Counted from the stretch's first letter, positions 1 through 11,704 are shown. The stretch is 64,000 nucleotides of DNA from an uncultured Acidobacteriaceae bacterium (GCA_963794455.1 CAWCEA010000003.1:2133263-2197262); one strand, 5' to 3'. Numbers and translations: made by a program. Notes: generated by a model from the letters alone, not told the origin.

Positions 1-2
1 AT

Positions 3-449
3 TTCGCGAACGTGTTTTGCCAGCGCTTGCTGGACCTGCCAGATGGACACGATCTCGCTTCCTTTGCGCACTATGGTTCTGGAAACTTCCATGCCAACGT
101 ATTGACCGGCGAGTGCAGCTTCAACGGCAGGTCAATTCCCACCCTGCGACTCTGCAACACCTACAGAGACTGGCTGCGCGAACAGTCCGAAAAGCACAGG
201 GTTCCCTTCGAGCAGATTGAGGCTGTAGATTTCGAGATGCAGGTGGTGGTGAAAGATGTCAATCTGCGTTCGTCTTACGGACACCGTTTTGCCTCGGCCC
301 ACTTCCTTTTCCAATGTCGAAGTGAAATCAAGACCGACGAAAGGTCATACGTCGGACAAATGGCTGGAGACAAGGAATGGGGTTTTGATTGGTATTACGA
401 GCGGTTGTATGGAGCACTTCCAGACGTGTGGCCAGCGACAACCTGTTAG
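3..449 (+). CDS. hypothetical protein, 5' end cut by window edge
   Basis: Reading frame is open from base 3 into ORF-track entry 12..449. No motif I recognise. Confidence 0.3.
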   Translation, partial: FANVFCQRLLDLPDGHDLASFAHYGSGNFHANVLTGECSFNGRSIPTLRLCNTYRDWLREQSEKHRVPFEQIEAVDFEMQVVVKDVNLRSSYGHRFASAHFLFQCRSEIKTDERSYVGQMAGDKEWGFDWYYERLYGALPDVWPATTC

Positions 450-526
450 GGTTTAAATCAAGGCGATTGCACGTTTTGTACCGGGCGGCGGTCAATGAGC
501 GCTATGGAGATTTTTCGCCAAGTAAG

Positions 527-919
527 TCAGCGCACTACGGAACGGTGTGATGCCGTGACAATCGACACGTGCACAAGGCCTATGAGAACCGCCAGCGCGA
601 GTGAGACAGCCAAGGCTACAACCAGACGTGTGACGAACCGCGGAAACCACACTGCTTCTTCATATATCGAGGTCGATAACGCCCCTGACAGACTTGAAAC
701 TCCCAAGCAAGACGCGGCGGTAATCAACCAAACCATGGCCCAACGGTGCGCGTAGGCTACATCCCCCTCGCGTCCACGTAGGCCAATCAAATCACCAGCC
801 GCGATCCCGTAGCCCATGGAATGCAGATAGCTGAACGCTGCACCGGCGGAGAGGAGGACGGCAAGAGCGCCCAGTGCCCAGAATCTAATGGCGTCTTGTC
901 GATCAGTGGCGTTTTTCAT
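527..919 (-). CDS. hypothetical small membrane protein
   Basis: 130-aa ORF with several hydrophobic segments (ALGALAVLLSAGAAF, MVWLITAASCLGV, LVVALAVSLALAVLIGLV). No family recognised. Confidence 0.4.
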   Translation of the reverse strand: MKNATDRQDAIRFWALGALAVLLSAGAAFSYLHSMGYGIAAGDLIGLRGREGDVAYAHRWAMVWLITAASCLGVSSLSGALSTSIYEEAVWFPRFVTRLVVALAVSLALAVLIGLVHVSIVTASHRSVVR

Positions 920-1083
920 TTGAGACGGAGATTACGCCCGAACAAGTGGAAATTCCAGATCGCTGACGAAACCAGGACGCCGCACTCAATTGCCCGGTGC
1001 GAGAGAATGGTGATGATAGTCTTTGATTGCCGCCTCGCCTCAGCTTCCTCTGATACCGTCCGCGTTTCCTTTGTCAGGTAGCC

Positions 1084-1377
1084 ATGAATAGTGGGGACAA
1101 CCAGGGTCCGGATCGCGATGTGCGCGCAAGAATCGGGAACCTGATGCAGTCGATCGAGAAGGGACCAAAGCGGCCGATCCCAGCCGAGGAACTGCAGAAA
1201 CTCAAGAGCGCAGCCAGCCGCCTCGATCAGATTTTGAAAGCTGCTGCGAACGCCGATCAGCAAACACTAAAGAGCGCGGCGGCGAGGCTCGACCAGTTGC
1301 TGTCTGACATCCGAGCGGGCAAAGACGTCACCGGCAACCTCAAGCGCAGAGAGAATTCTGAAACCCGAGATGTCTGA
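1084..1377 (+). CDS. hypothetical helical protein with internal 15-residue duplication
   Basis: LKSAASRLDQILKAA / LKSAAARLDQLLSDI repeat and protein-like composition. Competes with antisense ORFs 916..1263 and 1267..1554. Confidence 0.3.
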   Translation: MNSGDNQGPDRDVRARIGNLMQSIEKGPKRPIPAEELQKLKSAASRLDQILKAAANADQQTLKSAAARLDQLLSDIRAGKDVTGNLKRRENSETRDV

Positions 1378-1627
1378 GATTTCTTGAGCAAGCGATACGC
1401 GGCACTCCATGTGCTTCGTTCCGGCACATTCCCCGTTTACATTCTCTGACGGGTCTACGAACTCGCCGTAGCCGCCGCTGATCATCAGTCCAGAGATGAT
1501 TGTTGAAAACGGCGTTAACACGGATTGATGCTCAGTGCGTGAAATCGATGTCACGCCAATGGCATGAGGGCGCGAGGCGTCAATCTTTCAGCCGACTCTA
1601 CTCAGGTGCCCGCGCAAAACTGGGATC

Positions 1628-2497
1628 TCAGAGAGGGAACTTCTTCTGGCGATAGCGTCGATCAAAGATCCAAGCCATGAGCGCGATTACGACAAAGATC
1701 ATCCAGCTGGCTTCAGGACCGAGCAGGCCTCCGGTGAGCCATGGCGGGCCCGGCCAGCGGGTTTCGAGAAGGTGACCGACGGCGTACTCACCGGCATTTT
1801 GCCCTGACCATACGAACAAGTTGGCGAAATCAAAAGCGGCATGGAAGCCGATGGCGAAGGCCAGCGAGCCGGTGCGGCGCAGTGTGAGGCACACGAACAA
1901 CGCGAGCAGAGCGGTGGAGGCGAAATCTTCCCAGCGCTCGTGTGGCTTGAGGAAATAGTGGAGCGCACCGAATCCGATGGAGAGCAAAATGGATGCTGGC
2001 CAGAATCCGATCCCGTCGGCGAGCGTGGCGAGGAGATAGCCACGGAATTGGAGCTCCTCGGAAAATCCGATGAGCACATTGGCAAGGATCCAGAGGGCAG
2101 AGAAGTACCAGATCGCGCTGCCGTGGAGGGCGAGCCCGAGGATGCGATAGCCGCCGAAGATTGCGATCAATCCCATGAGCAAAGAAGTGGAAGCCGCGCC
2201 CCACGCAAGTCCCACGCGGAAATCGATTCCAAAGGCGTTGCGAACCGGGATGCCGTAATCGGGGAAGCGACGGCGCTCGATGCGCGCCATAGTCCAAGTT
2301 GCAATCAGCACCTGGATGAGCGTCTGCAATTCGTCGAAGATGGTGCCCACGGGATCAAGGAATGGCCGGTCCTTGAGATGGAAGATCTCTGGAATGATCC
2401 AGTTCGCCAGGAATTGGAGTCCCACGAAAATGCCGACAAAAATGAGGAGACGCCAACCGGCACGTAAGCTACGGGAATTGAAGAATATTCTTCTCAT
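1628..2497 (-). CDS. CPBP family intramembrane glutamic endopeptidase (CAAX protease-like)
   Basis: Polytopic membrane ORF carrying the CPBP motifs SEELQFRGYL (EExxxR), FGALHYF (FxxxH) and FHAAFDF (HxxxD). Confidence 0.8.
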   Translation of the reverse strand: MRRIFFNSRSLRAGWRLLIFVGIFVGLQFLANWIIPEIFHLKDRPFLDPVGTIFDELQTLIQVLIATWTMARIERRRFPDYGIPVRNAFGIDFRVGLAWGAASTSLLMGLIAIFGGYRILGLALHGSAIWYFSALWILANVLIGFSEELQFRGYLLATLADGIGFWPASILLSIGFGALHYFLKPHERWEDFASTALLALFVCLTLRRTGSLAFAIGFHAAFDFANLFVWSGQNAGEYAVGHLLETRWPGPPWLTGGLLGPEASWMIFVVIALMAWIFDRRYRQKKFPL

Positions 2498-2606
2498 ATC
2501 GCGGCAGCCCGCGGCTGAGACGTTTCGGTCCGCGTTGTGAAACCGTCACAGGCAGAGCCAATCAGACGCAGCGGTTTGACGAGTATCCTAATACGGAAGT
2601 TGGCCG

Positions 2607-3386
2607 TTGACGGAAAGAGAGCATTTCATCAAGGGCCCTGCCGGGGATTTTGGGCGTAATGGAATCGTGCGCCAGCTGACGATAGCGGTTGCGGGTGACG
2701 CCAAACTCCGTCTTATAATTGCTCCGCAGAAGGACCCACCTGTGCTGACTCCCACGGAATTGACGGAGATCTCCGTCAGGCATGGACGTGACAAGAAGCG
2801 AAGAAATGCGATTACTGCACTGTTGTGCGGAACTGCGCTGGCGGTGTTGTTTGGCCTTCATCCTGGCGCTCATGCCAGTTGGGAGCGTTGGATTCTTGAA
2901 TTGATCGTCGGTCTGATTATCGGTCTGGTCTGGGGTGATGGTTTCGAGTACGTCTACCATCGCTGGCTGCTGCACCGGCCTCGGAGCCTGATGGCAGGTG
3001 GACATCACGAGCACCATGCGCAGATCGGGACTCAAGAGGAAGCAGAACACGTGGCGCTCATCAGTTCGCCCCTGAATATTCTTCTCTTGTTCGTGATCAA
3101 CGGAGTTCCAGCATTTCTGATTGCTTCGCGCGTGGGAGAGTGGGGAATTCTTTCAGGCGTGTTCATTGGTTGGGCGATCTACGTGATTGTGACGGAAGAG
3201 ATCCACTGGCGTATTCACATGAACGGGTGGCTTCCTCGCGGACTGCGATTTGCCCGCGCTCATCACCTGAGCCATCACGACATTCCGAACAGCCGCTATA
3301 ACGTGTTCTTACCGATCTTTGATTTGCTGTTTGGAAGTGCGGGGCAGGGAAGAAGCAAACTGCCGGTGCAACCTGCGGGAAACTAG
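2607..3386 (+). CDS. fatty acid hydroxylase / sterol desaturase family membrane protein
   Basis: Histidine boxes YHRWLLH, HHEHH, HWRIH and HHLSHH in a membrane protein. The true start is probably internal (TTG/GTG candidates), so the N-terminus is uncertain. Confidence 0.65.
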   Translation: MTEREHFIKGPAGDFGRNGIVRQLTIAVAGDAKLRLIIAPQKDPPVLTPTELTEISVRHGRDKKRRNAITALLCGTALAVLFGLHPGAHASWERWILELIVGLIIGLVWGDGFEYVYHRWLLHRPRSLMAGGHHEHHAQIGTQEEAEHVALISSPLNILLLFVINGVPAFLIASRVGEWGILSGVFIGWAIYVIVTEEIHWRIHMNGWLPRGLRFARAHHLSHHDIPNSRYNVFLPIFDLLFGSAGQGRSKLPVQPAGN

Positions 3387-3476
3387 GCTGGCATAAGAGA
3401 ACCTTGCGGCCGCGCCTATCGCAATTTCAGCTGTGTCTCGCTTGCTCTTCCGCCGATCTTCATCGCGTTTTCAATA

Positions 3477-3998
3477 TTACGGTGCGTAGCGAGTAAAGAC
3501 GAGGTCGGTTGCTGGGGTCTTTTCGTGGCAAGGGAAGCAGCTTTTCATGAATGCCGCGGCGCCAGGTTTGCCGTCCTGGAAGTGAGCGAAGCCCCAACCA
3601 CCAGTTGCGGCGTACTTGATTGAGTCCTTGACCATGAACTGAATGTTCGTGGGAGCGCCGGGAACGAAAGATTGGACCTGGCCAAAGACTTTATTGTTTT
3701 CGTCTGACGCGACGTTACGGTAATGCAAGGCAGCCAGGATCGAGCCGTCAGGAAATGGGAGTTTCCCTTCACGAAAGGCTTTGATCGCCACGTCGTTGCC
3801 CAGCACTGCACCTAGGCTGTTGAGATTGCCGGCCTCGTGGGCCGAGGAAATCCATTGCCAGTCGCGGTATCCCTGAGGAATTTCGGTAACGAACGTCGGA
3901 GCGGGTTCCGCACCTGCGCGTCCTGGCGCCGGGGCAATGAGGGTGACGAGAGCGGCCATGGCTGCAACTGCAATTAACGAGAATATGTAGCGTTTCAT
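3477..3998 (-). CDS. cytochrome P460 family protein (periplasmic)
   Basis: Start trimmed to MKRYIFSLIAVAAMAAL, which has a signal peptide and a GGAG Shine-Dalgarno. Family-typical GYRDW, LGNDVA, FMVKDS, TGGWGF and a C-terminal haem site CFPCH. Confidence 0.75.
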   Translation of the reverse strand: MKRYIFSLIAVAAMAALVTLIAPAPGRAGAEPAPTFVTEIPQGYRDWQWISSAHEAGNLNSLGAVLGNDVAIKAFREGKLPFPDGSILAALHYRNVASDENNKVFGQVQSFVPGAPTNIQFMVKDSIKYAATGGWGFAHFQDGKPGAAAFMKSCFPCHEKTPATDLVFTRYAP

Positions 3999-4294
3999 CG
4001 GGCTGCTCCACTCGTTGAGAGTCATGTCGGACATCCTCTTCTCTCGCTGCGGATCTCCGACTGCATCGGCTGCGATGACCGAATCACAACAGAAGGGTGG
4101 TGGCGACACAATTGGACGATGGTATTGCCGACACCTAAGTATGAGACGAGCCGCAGCTTCACACCTTCCGCCGAGCGCAGGCCCGGCATTCCGAGCACGG
4201 CCACAACGCCGGCATCATGAGCCACACCATGCCCACTAGTCGTTAGCGCCCTCAGGGGTCGATCTCTGGCCGGGTCTGAGCTATCCTGTTCACG

Positions 4295-5398
4295 ATGCGT
4301 CTAGCTGCAGCGATGATCGCGTTATGCGCCACACTCGCCGTGGCGCAACAGTCGGACCCGGATCAACTTCTCAAGACTGCGATCTCGGAGCAGCAGGGCG
4401 GAGATTACCGAGCAGCCATCCGCGACTACCGGAAAGTTCTCGAGTTGCGTCCAAACCTTGTCGAGGCCAAAGTGAATCTCGCCGCCGCGCTCGTTCACGT
4501 CGGCGAATACGATACTGCCATCGCAATGTACCGTGCGGCTCTTCCGGCGTTATCGTTCAAGAATCCGGTGCTTCTGAATCTCGGCCTCGCGTACTACAAA
4601 AAAGGCGATTTTGAAAACGCACGCGAACAATTTGAAACTCTTCACAAGGCGCAACCGGGCGAGGTGCGGGTGGTGGTCCTTTTGGCAGATTCCGAGCTCC
4701 ACTTAAATAAATCGACGGAAGCCCTCGAGCTGCTCGAGCCTCTGGCCGCTTCGAACTCGCAGAATCTGGATTTCGATTTCGTTTTAGGATCGGCCCTCAT
4801 CAAGAGCGGCCGGCGTCGTGATGGCGTGCCGCTCATTGAAAAAGTTGCTCAATCGGGAAAGAGCGCCGACGCCTACTTTCTGGCCGGTACCACCCTTATG
4901 CAACTGAATGACTACGAACAGGCCCGAAAAGACTTGGAGGCAGCTCTCCGCCTCGATCCAAAGCTCCCCGGAATTTACACTCTCGTCGGGACTGCGAGAG
5001 ACAAGAATGGCGACATCAAAGACGCGGAGGCTGCTTTCCGCGAGGCTCTAAAATCCAACCCTGACGACTTCGATGCGAATCTCTATCTTGGCGCCATTCT
5101 GTCGAAGCGGCGCGACCTGGAGGAGTCGAAGCCATATCTCGAGCGGGCGCTTCGCCTCAATCCCTCCTCGACGATGGCCCGCTACGAAATGGGTTTGATG
5201 GAAAGCGCGTCCGGGCAGTACCAGGCGGCCGCTGACGATCTGGAAAAAGTAGCGAAGGAGGACCCCGGCTGGCTCGAACCCCACGTCGAGTTAGCCTCCC
5301 TGTATTACCGCCTGCATCGCCCCGAGGATGGCCTCAAGGAGCGCCAGATCGTAGACCGCCTTACCGCCGAGCAGCAAGAAAAAGGGCCTGGAAAATAG
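4295..5398 (+). CDS. TPR repeat protein with signal peptide
   Basis: N-terminal signal peptide (MRLAAAMIALCATLAVAQQ) followed by repeated 34-residue TPR-like units (AxxxYxxALxLxP pattern). Confidence 0.75.
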   Translation: MRLAAAMIALCATLAVAQQSDPDQLLKTAISEQQGGDYRAAIRDYRKVLELRPNLVEAKVNLAAALVHVGEYDTAIAMYRAALPALSFKNPVLLNLGLAYYKKGDFENAREQFETLHKAQPGEVRVVVLLADSELHLNKSTEALELLEPLAASNSQNLDFDFVLGSALIKSGRRRDGVPLIEKVAQSGKSADAYFLAGTTLMQLNDYEQARKDLEAALRLDPKLPGIYTLVGTARDKNGDIKDAEAAFREALKSNPDDFDANLYLGAILSKRRDLEESKPYLERALRLNPSSTMARYEMGLMESASGQYQAAADDLEKVAKEDPGWLEPHVELASLYYRLHRPEDGLKERQIVDRLTAEQQEKGPGK

Positions 5399-5507
5399 TG
5401 CAGAGATTTTCATTGTCCGGTATACGTTGCATTGGTCCTTAGGCCTGCTGTAAGGTCATGCTGCGAGGCGAACCCCCGGCCACGCTGCTCCGCCGCGAGC
5501 ACTGCCA

Positions 5508-6641
5508 ATGAACAAGAGCGTTACGCTGTTCGACATTGCTGAGGCCTTAGGTGTATCGACCGGTACTGTTCACCGTGCTCTTCATGACCACCCCGGTGTC
5601 AACGCCAAGACTAAGGCCAGAGTTCTCGAGACGGCCAAAGCCCTCGGCTACCGTCCGAATTTGGCGGCGCGCCTCTTGTCTTCCAAACGAAGTCTGAAGA
5701 TCTGCGTCAACACTCTCAAAGGCACCACATCCTTCTGGGACGAAGTTCGCGCCGGCATCAGCGAAGAAGCCCAATCCTCACTCATGGAAAACATCGACCT
5801 CGAATTCTGCACCTATCCGAGGTTAGGCGAGGGAGAGGAAGAATCGTTTGACGCGGCGCTCAAGGCAGAGGTGGATGGCATCATTGTTTTCCCCAGCCGT
5901 CCTGAAAAGCTGCGGACGCGCATCCGGCGCGCCTCGCGCCGCGGGATCCCGGTGATGTGTGTTACCACCGATGCGCCCGACTCGGGCCGTCTCGCGGTGG
6001 TCTCGATCGATACGCTGGCCAGTGGAGCGCTCGCCGCCGATTTACTTGGGCGTTTCCTTCATGGCGAGGGCACCGTCGCCGTTACTCTGAGCGACATGCG
6101 AATCATCGAGCATGCCGAAAAATATTCTGGATTTGAGAAGACTCTGCATGCCCTTTATCCCAAGATGCGTGTTCTGCCTCCGCTCGAGGATCATGACATC
6201 GAGCCCGAGGCGTACGAGAAATGCCGCAGGTTATTAGAGGCGCATCCTGACCTGGCCGGGATTTACGTTACGACCGAGGCCTCCATTCCGGTCATCAATG
6301 CCGCACAGGACGCTGGCGTGCTCCATAAGCTGACAATCATTACCACCGACCTGTTCTCTGCGCTGGTGCCGCAGATTCGTTCCGGCACCGTGTTCGCAAC
6401 CATCTACCAGCGCCCCCGCACTCAGGGGCGAATGGCGTTCCGCGTACTGCGCGAGTTTCTGGCCGAAGGCGAGTGTGCATCACGCCAGGTGACGCTGCCC
6501 CCGCACCTCGTTATGCGCGGGAACCTCGATTTTTTTCTTGAAAGACAGTCTGGCGAAGGCAACGGAAACCATCGCCGCGAGGGCCAGACCGAATCGTCTC
6601 CAGACGCTCCCGCAGAGGACATCATCGCCACGCGAAGCTGA
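5508..6641 (+). CDS. LacI family transcriptional regulator
   Basis: N-terminal HTH VTLFDIAEALGVSTGTVHRALHDHPGVNAKTKARVLETAKALGYRPN plus a periplasmic-binding-protein-like sugar-binding core. Confidence 0.85.
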   Translation: MNKSVTLFDIAEALGVSTGTVHRALHDHPGVNAKTKARVLETAKALGYRPNLAARLLSSKRSLKICVNTLKGTTSFWDEVRAGISEEAQSSLMENIDLEFCTYPRLGEGEEESFDAALKAEVDGIIVFPSRPEKLRTRIRRASRRGIPVMCVTTDAPDSGRLAVVSIDTLASGALAADLLGRFLHGEGTVAVTLSDMRIIEHAEKYSGFEKTLHALYPKMRVLPPLEDHDIEPEAYEKCRRLLEAHPDLAGIYVTTEASIPVINAAQDAGVLHKLTIITTDLFSALVPQIRSGTVFATIYQRPRTQGRMAFRVLREFLAEGECASRQVTLPPHLVMRGNLDFFLERQSGEGNGNHRREGQTESSPDAPAEDIIATRS

Positions 6642-6653
6642 AGCGGCCCGTGT

Positions 6654-6667
6654 TGTAATCGTTTACG
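6654..6667. promoter_or_regulatory. candidate LacI-family operator
   Basis: TGTAATCGTTTACG matches the TGTAAnCGnTTACA palindrome consensus at 13 of 14 positions. It lies between the LacI gene and the GH31 gene. Confidence 0.45.
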
Positions 6668-6726
6668 TTAACGGGTAAGATTCTGGCGGGCTAGCCGTAT
6701 TTATTCTGTCCTCGTCGCGAAAATTC

Positions 6727-9075
6727 ATGACAAAGAAATCTTGCCTGGCATTGCAGTTCTTCGTTGCGATTCTCGTTTTCCTTTCACTTGCTGAAGCGCA
6801 ATGGGCCCCGCGCAATCCAGTTACAGGCGTTCAGCAGCAGCCCGACGGCGTCGTTCTCACTTTGCAATCTGGCGCGCTCAAGATTCAGGTCTGCACGGAT
6901 TCCATTGTTCGAGTCCTTTATTCCGCGAGCGCAACGTTTCCGGAGCCGCCGGACTATGTCGTCATCAAGAAAGACTGGCCTGGCGCAAAATTTGATCTTC
7001 AATCCGGCAACGACGAGATCACGCTGTCGACCACGGCGCTAAAAATTGTCGTAGCCCGCATCGATAGCTCGATCACCTTCCGCTCGGCAGACGGCTCCCA
7101 ACTCCTGCAGGAAGGTTCTCGCAAACTGACTCCAGTCGAAGTGAACGGCGAGAACACGCACCGTGCTGAATCGTTCTTCAGCATCTACGGCTCACATGAG
7201 GCCCTCTACGGATTAGGTCAGCATCAGGCGGGCGTCTGGAACTATCGCGGCGAGTCGGTCGACATTTCGCAAGACAACAGCAACATTTCTATCCCGTTCC
7301 TGGTTTCGAGCAAGGGGTACGGCGTTTACTGGAACAACGATTCGCGCAGCCGCTTCAACAACCGGTTCGCCAATTATTTGTATGTCAGCTCCGAAGTGGC
7401 CGATGTCATCGACTACTACTTTTTCTACGGCCCCGATCTCGACAAAGTTGTCGCCGACTACCGCGAACTGACTGGCCAGGCTCCCATGTTCGGCCGCTGG
7501 GCCTATGGTTTCTGGCAGTGCAAGAATCGCTACAAGTCGCAGGACGAAATTCTCGGTGTCGCCAAGAAATACCGCGACCTTCACATCCCGGTCGACAATA
7601 TCGTGCAGGACTGGTTCTGGTGGAATCGCAAGGGTGAATTCGTTTTCAACAAGAACTATCCCGACCCCAAGGGCATGGTCGACGAACTGCACCGCGAAGA
7701 TTTTCACCTGATGATTTCCATCTGGCCGTTCTTTGAGCCGGGATCGAAAAACTATGACTATATGGACCAGCACGGCTGGTTCGTCGACAAATTCAAGTTC
7801 GCGAAGCCGCCCTATCACACCAACGCGATGGCGGTGTACGACGCAACGAATCCGGAAGCGCGCAAGTACTACTGGAACGAGATCGACAAAGCGTTGTTCA
7901 GTATCGGCATCGATGCCTGGTGGATGGACACGACCGAGCCCGAGACCGAGGGCCAGGAAGAAAACATCCTGCTGAATCACAAGCTCTACGTGGGCAGCGG
8001 TAACCGCTATTTGAATATCTATCCTTTAATGGATACCGGAGCGGTCTACGAGGGCCAGCGCAGTGCGAGCGACAAGAAGCGCGTTTACATTCTGTCGCGG
8101 TCAGCCTTCTCGGGTGAACAGCGGAATTCGGTGACCGCCTGGTCGGGAGATGTCGTTTCCGATTTCGTTACCTTCCGCCGACAAATTCCTGGAGGCCTGA
8201 ACTTCGCGCTCTCCGGTATTCCTTACTGGACGACCGACATTGGAGGCTTCGTTTTCGGAAGTCCGGCCGACCCGAAGTTCCGCGAGCTATTCGTGCGCTG
8301 GTTTCAGTTCGGCACCTTTAGTCCGGTGATGCGAGTGCACGGCACGCGCAATCCCGACGAGAACGAACTGTGGTCGTACGGTCCCGACGCACAAAAGATC
8401 CTTGTCAGCTTCGATCGGCTGCGTTACCGGTTGCTACCTTATATCTACTCGCTCGCGTGGAAGACCACGAGCGAGGCCTACACGCCAATGCGCCCGTTGG
8501 TCATGGATTTCCGCACGGACGAGCGCGCCGAGAACATTGGCGATCAGTTCATGTTCGGTCCGGCCTTTCTCGTGAGCCCGGTTACCGAGCCGGCGGCAAG
8601 CATGCGGCAACTCTATTTGCCCAACGCGAAGTGGTATGACTTCTGGGGGGGAACCTCGTCGCAAGGCGGCAAGATGATCGAAGCGGCGGCGCCCCTGGAG
8701 CGGATTCCTCTATACATTCGCGCGGGATCGATTCTGCCTCTTGGACCTGAGATGGAGTGGTCCACCGAGAAGCCTGCCGACCCGATTGAACTCCGCATCT
8801 ACCGCGGCGCTGACGGCGACTTCACTCTCTACGAAGACGAGAACGACAACTACAACTACGAGAAAGGTGTTTACGCGACGATCCCTCTTCACTGGGACGA
8901 CAGCAACGGAACTCTTACTATCGGCGACCGCAAGGGCGAGTTCCCCGGAATGCTCCAGAACCGTACTTTCCGCGTAGTAATTGTCCGCGAGAACCACGGA
9001 GTTGGCGTCGGCCCATCGGACGAACCCGACAAGATTGTCCAGTACTCCGGAACCAAACTTGAAGTGAAACCATAA
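6727..9075 (+). CDS. glycoside hydrolase family 31 (alpha-xylosidase / alpha-glucosidase-like), secreted
   Basis: 782 aa with a signal peptide. GH31 signatures KNRYKSQDEILGV, HIPVDNIVQDWFWW, GIDAWWMDTTEP and WSGD. Confidence 0.85.
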   Translation: MTKKSCLALQFFVAILVFLSLAEAQWAPRNPVTGVQQQPDGVVLTLQSGALKIQVCTDSIVRVLYSASATFPEPPDYVVIKKDWPGAKFDLQSGNDEITLSTTALKIVVARIDSSITFRSADGSQLLQEGSRKLTPVEVNGENTHRAESFFSIYGSHEALYGLGQHQAGVWNYRGESVDISQDNSNISIPFLVSSKGYGVYWNNDSRSRFNNRFANYLYVSSEVADVIDYYFFYGPDLDKVVADYRELTGQAPMFGRWAYGFWQCKNRYKSQDEILGVAKKYRDLHIPVDNIVQDWFWWNRKGEFVFNKNYPDPKGMVDELHREDFHLMISIWPFFEPGSKNYDYMDQHGWFVDKFKFAKPPYHTNAMAVYDATNPEARKYYWNEIDKALFSIGIDAWWMDTTEPETEGQEENILLNHKLYVGSGNRYLNIYPLMDTGAVYEGQRSASDKKRVYILSRSAFSGEQRNSVTAWSGDVVSDFVTFRRQIPGGLNFALSGIPYWTTDIGGFVFGSPADPKFRELFVRWFQFGTFSPVMRVHGTRNPDENELWSYGPDAQKILVSFDRLRYRLLPYIYSLAWKTTSEAYTPMRPLVMDFRTDERAENIGDQFMFGPAFLVSPVTEPAASMRQLYLPNAKWYDFWGGTSSQGGKMIEAAAPLERIPLYIRAGSILPLGPEMEWSTEKPADPIELRIYRGADGDFTLYEDENDNYNYEKGVYATIPLHWDDSNGTLTIGDRKGEFPGMLQNRTFRVVIVRENHGVGVGPSDEPDKIVQYSGTKLEVKP

Positions 9076-9119
9076 AGCAACGCGGAGGCCGCGCACTTGG
9101 CAGCCGCATCCGCTTGCAC

Positions 9120-10626
9120 ATGACGGAGAACTACCATCAAACTTCTAGGCATTGACGTTGGAACTGGGGGCACGCGCGCACTCATTATCGATGAGCAAGG
9201 GCGCTTGATCGCCTCCGCCACCGAAGAACACGCACCGTTCGCTTCTCCTCAAATCGGATGGGCCGAGCAGGATCCTGAAGACTGGTGGCGCGCTTGCGGA
9301 ATCGCGATTCGAAAGGCTCTTAGCAGCGCGAACGTCGGCGCGAATGAGATCGCGTGCGTGGGCCTGTCAGGTCAGATGCATGGCGCGGTCATGCTCGACG
9401 AGCAAGACCGGGTCGTCCGTCCGGCGCTGATCTGGTGCGATGTCCGTACGGAGAAGCAATGCCGCGATCTCACCGAGAAGATCGGCGCCGACCGTCTGAT
9501 CCAGCTCACCTGCAATCCGGCGCTGCCTAATTTCACCCTGACCAAGTTTCTCTGGGTGCGCGAGCACGAACCGGAGAACTGGAAGCGCGTTCGTTCCGTG
9601 ATGCTCCCGAAAGATTACGTGCGATTCCGCATGACGGGTGACCGCGCGATCGATGCGGCTGACGCATCAGGAACTCTTCTGCTGGACGTCGCTCATCGCC
9701 GCTGGTCTCGCGAAATGCTTGAAGCGACACAAATCGACGAGCGCATTCTGCCCAAGGTTTACGAATCTCCAGATGTCTGTGGCCAAATTTCCGCCGACGG
9801 CGCTGCGGCCACAGGTCTCAAACCTGGCACTCCCGTTGTCGCTGGCGCTGGAGATCAAGCCGCAGGCGCCACAGGTATGGGCATTGTGGTTCCCGGTGCG
9901 GTCAGCGCGACGATTGGAACTTCCGGTGTGGTCTTCGCCGCGACCGATCGTCCGGCGCTGGATCCCAAGGGGCGCCTTCATACTTTCTGCCACGCGATCC
10001 CAGGCCGCTGGCACGTCATGGGAGTCACGCAGGCCGCGGGCCTGTCGCTGCGCTGGTTCCGCGATACCCTCTGTTCGACCTCAGACTCGTACGACAAACT
10101 CACTGCCGAAGCCGCCAAGATCAATCCAGGCTCGGATGATCTTCTCTGGACGCCCTACCTTATGGGCGAGCGCACTCCCCATCTCGATGGCCAGGCTCGC
10201 GCGGCTTTAGTAGGGCTGACCGCGTCTCACACGCGCGGACACATTGTTCGCGCGATTCTCGAAGGCGTGGCTTTCAGCTTGCGAGATTCGTTCACGATTT
10301 TCGAAGAAATGCGTGTGCCGGTTCGAAGTATTCGTCTCGGCGGCGGAGGCGCGCGTTCCAATCTGTGGCGGCAGATCCAGGCCGACGTCTACGGTCACGA
10401 AGTCGAGATCGTCGAAGCCGAAGAGGGCGCAGCTTACGGTGCCGCCATTCTCGCTGGAGTGGGCGCGGCGTTGTGGCCTTCGGTCGACGCTGCTTGCAAT
10501 GCCGTTATTCGCGTGACCGAACGTGTGCCCGCGAGGCCGGATGTAGTGTCGAAGATGAATGCCTCGTACGCAGCATACCGTCGCGTCTACCCCGCCACGC
10601 GAGCGATCTTCGCGCCGGGAACTTAG
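9120..10626 (+). CDS. xylB: xylulokinase (FGGY family), with an N-terminal frame problem
   Basis: FGGY kinase body ([31 protein letters not shown]). The conserved phosphate-1 motif [13 protein letters not shown] (9142..9180) lies upstream of the first ATG/GTG/TTG in that frame (TTG 9205). The only ATG (9120) is in frame -1 relative to it. Confidence 0.8.
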
Positions 10627-10674
10627 AGAAGTCGCGGCGAGGACACCGTCCCTTCTGCGAGGCGCTGCGACAGG

Positions 10675-11704
<1,030 letters not shown>

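Noticed and set aside
5415-5445. Possible second LacI operator (GGTATACGTTGCA) upstream of the LacI gene
   Set aside because: It is not a convincing palindrome and lacks the AAnCGnTT core spacing.
7213-7980. 255-aa ORF antisense to the GH31 gene
   Set aside because: It lies entirely inside a well-supported GH31 coding region. Its Val/Arg/Gly-rich composition is typical of shadow ORFs in GC-rich DNA, and it has no motif.
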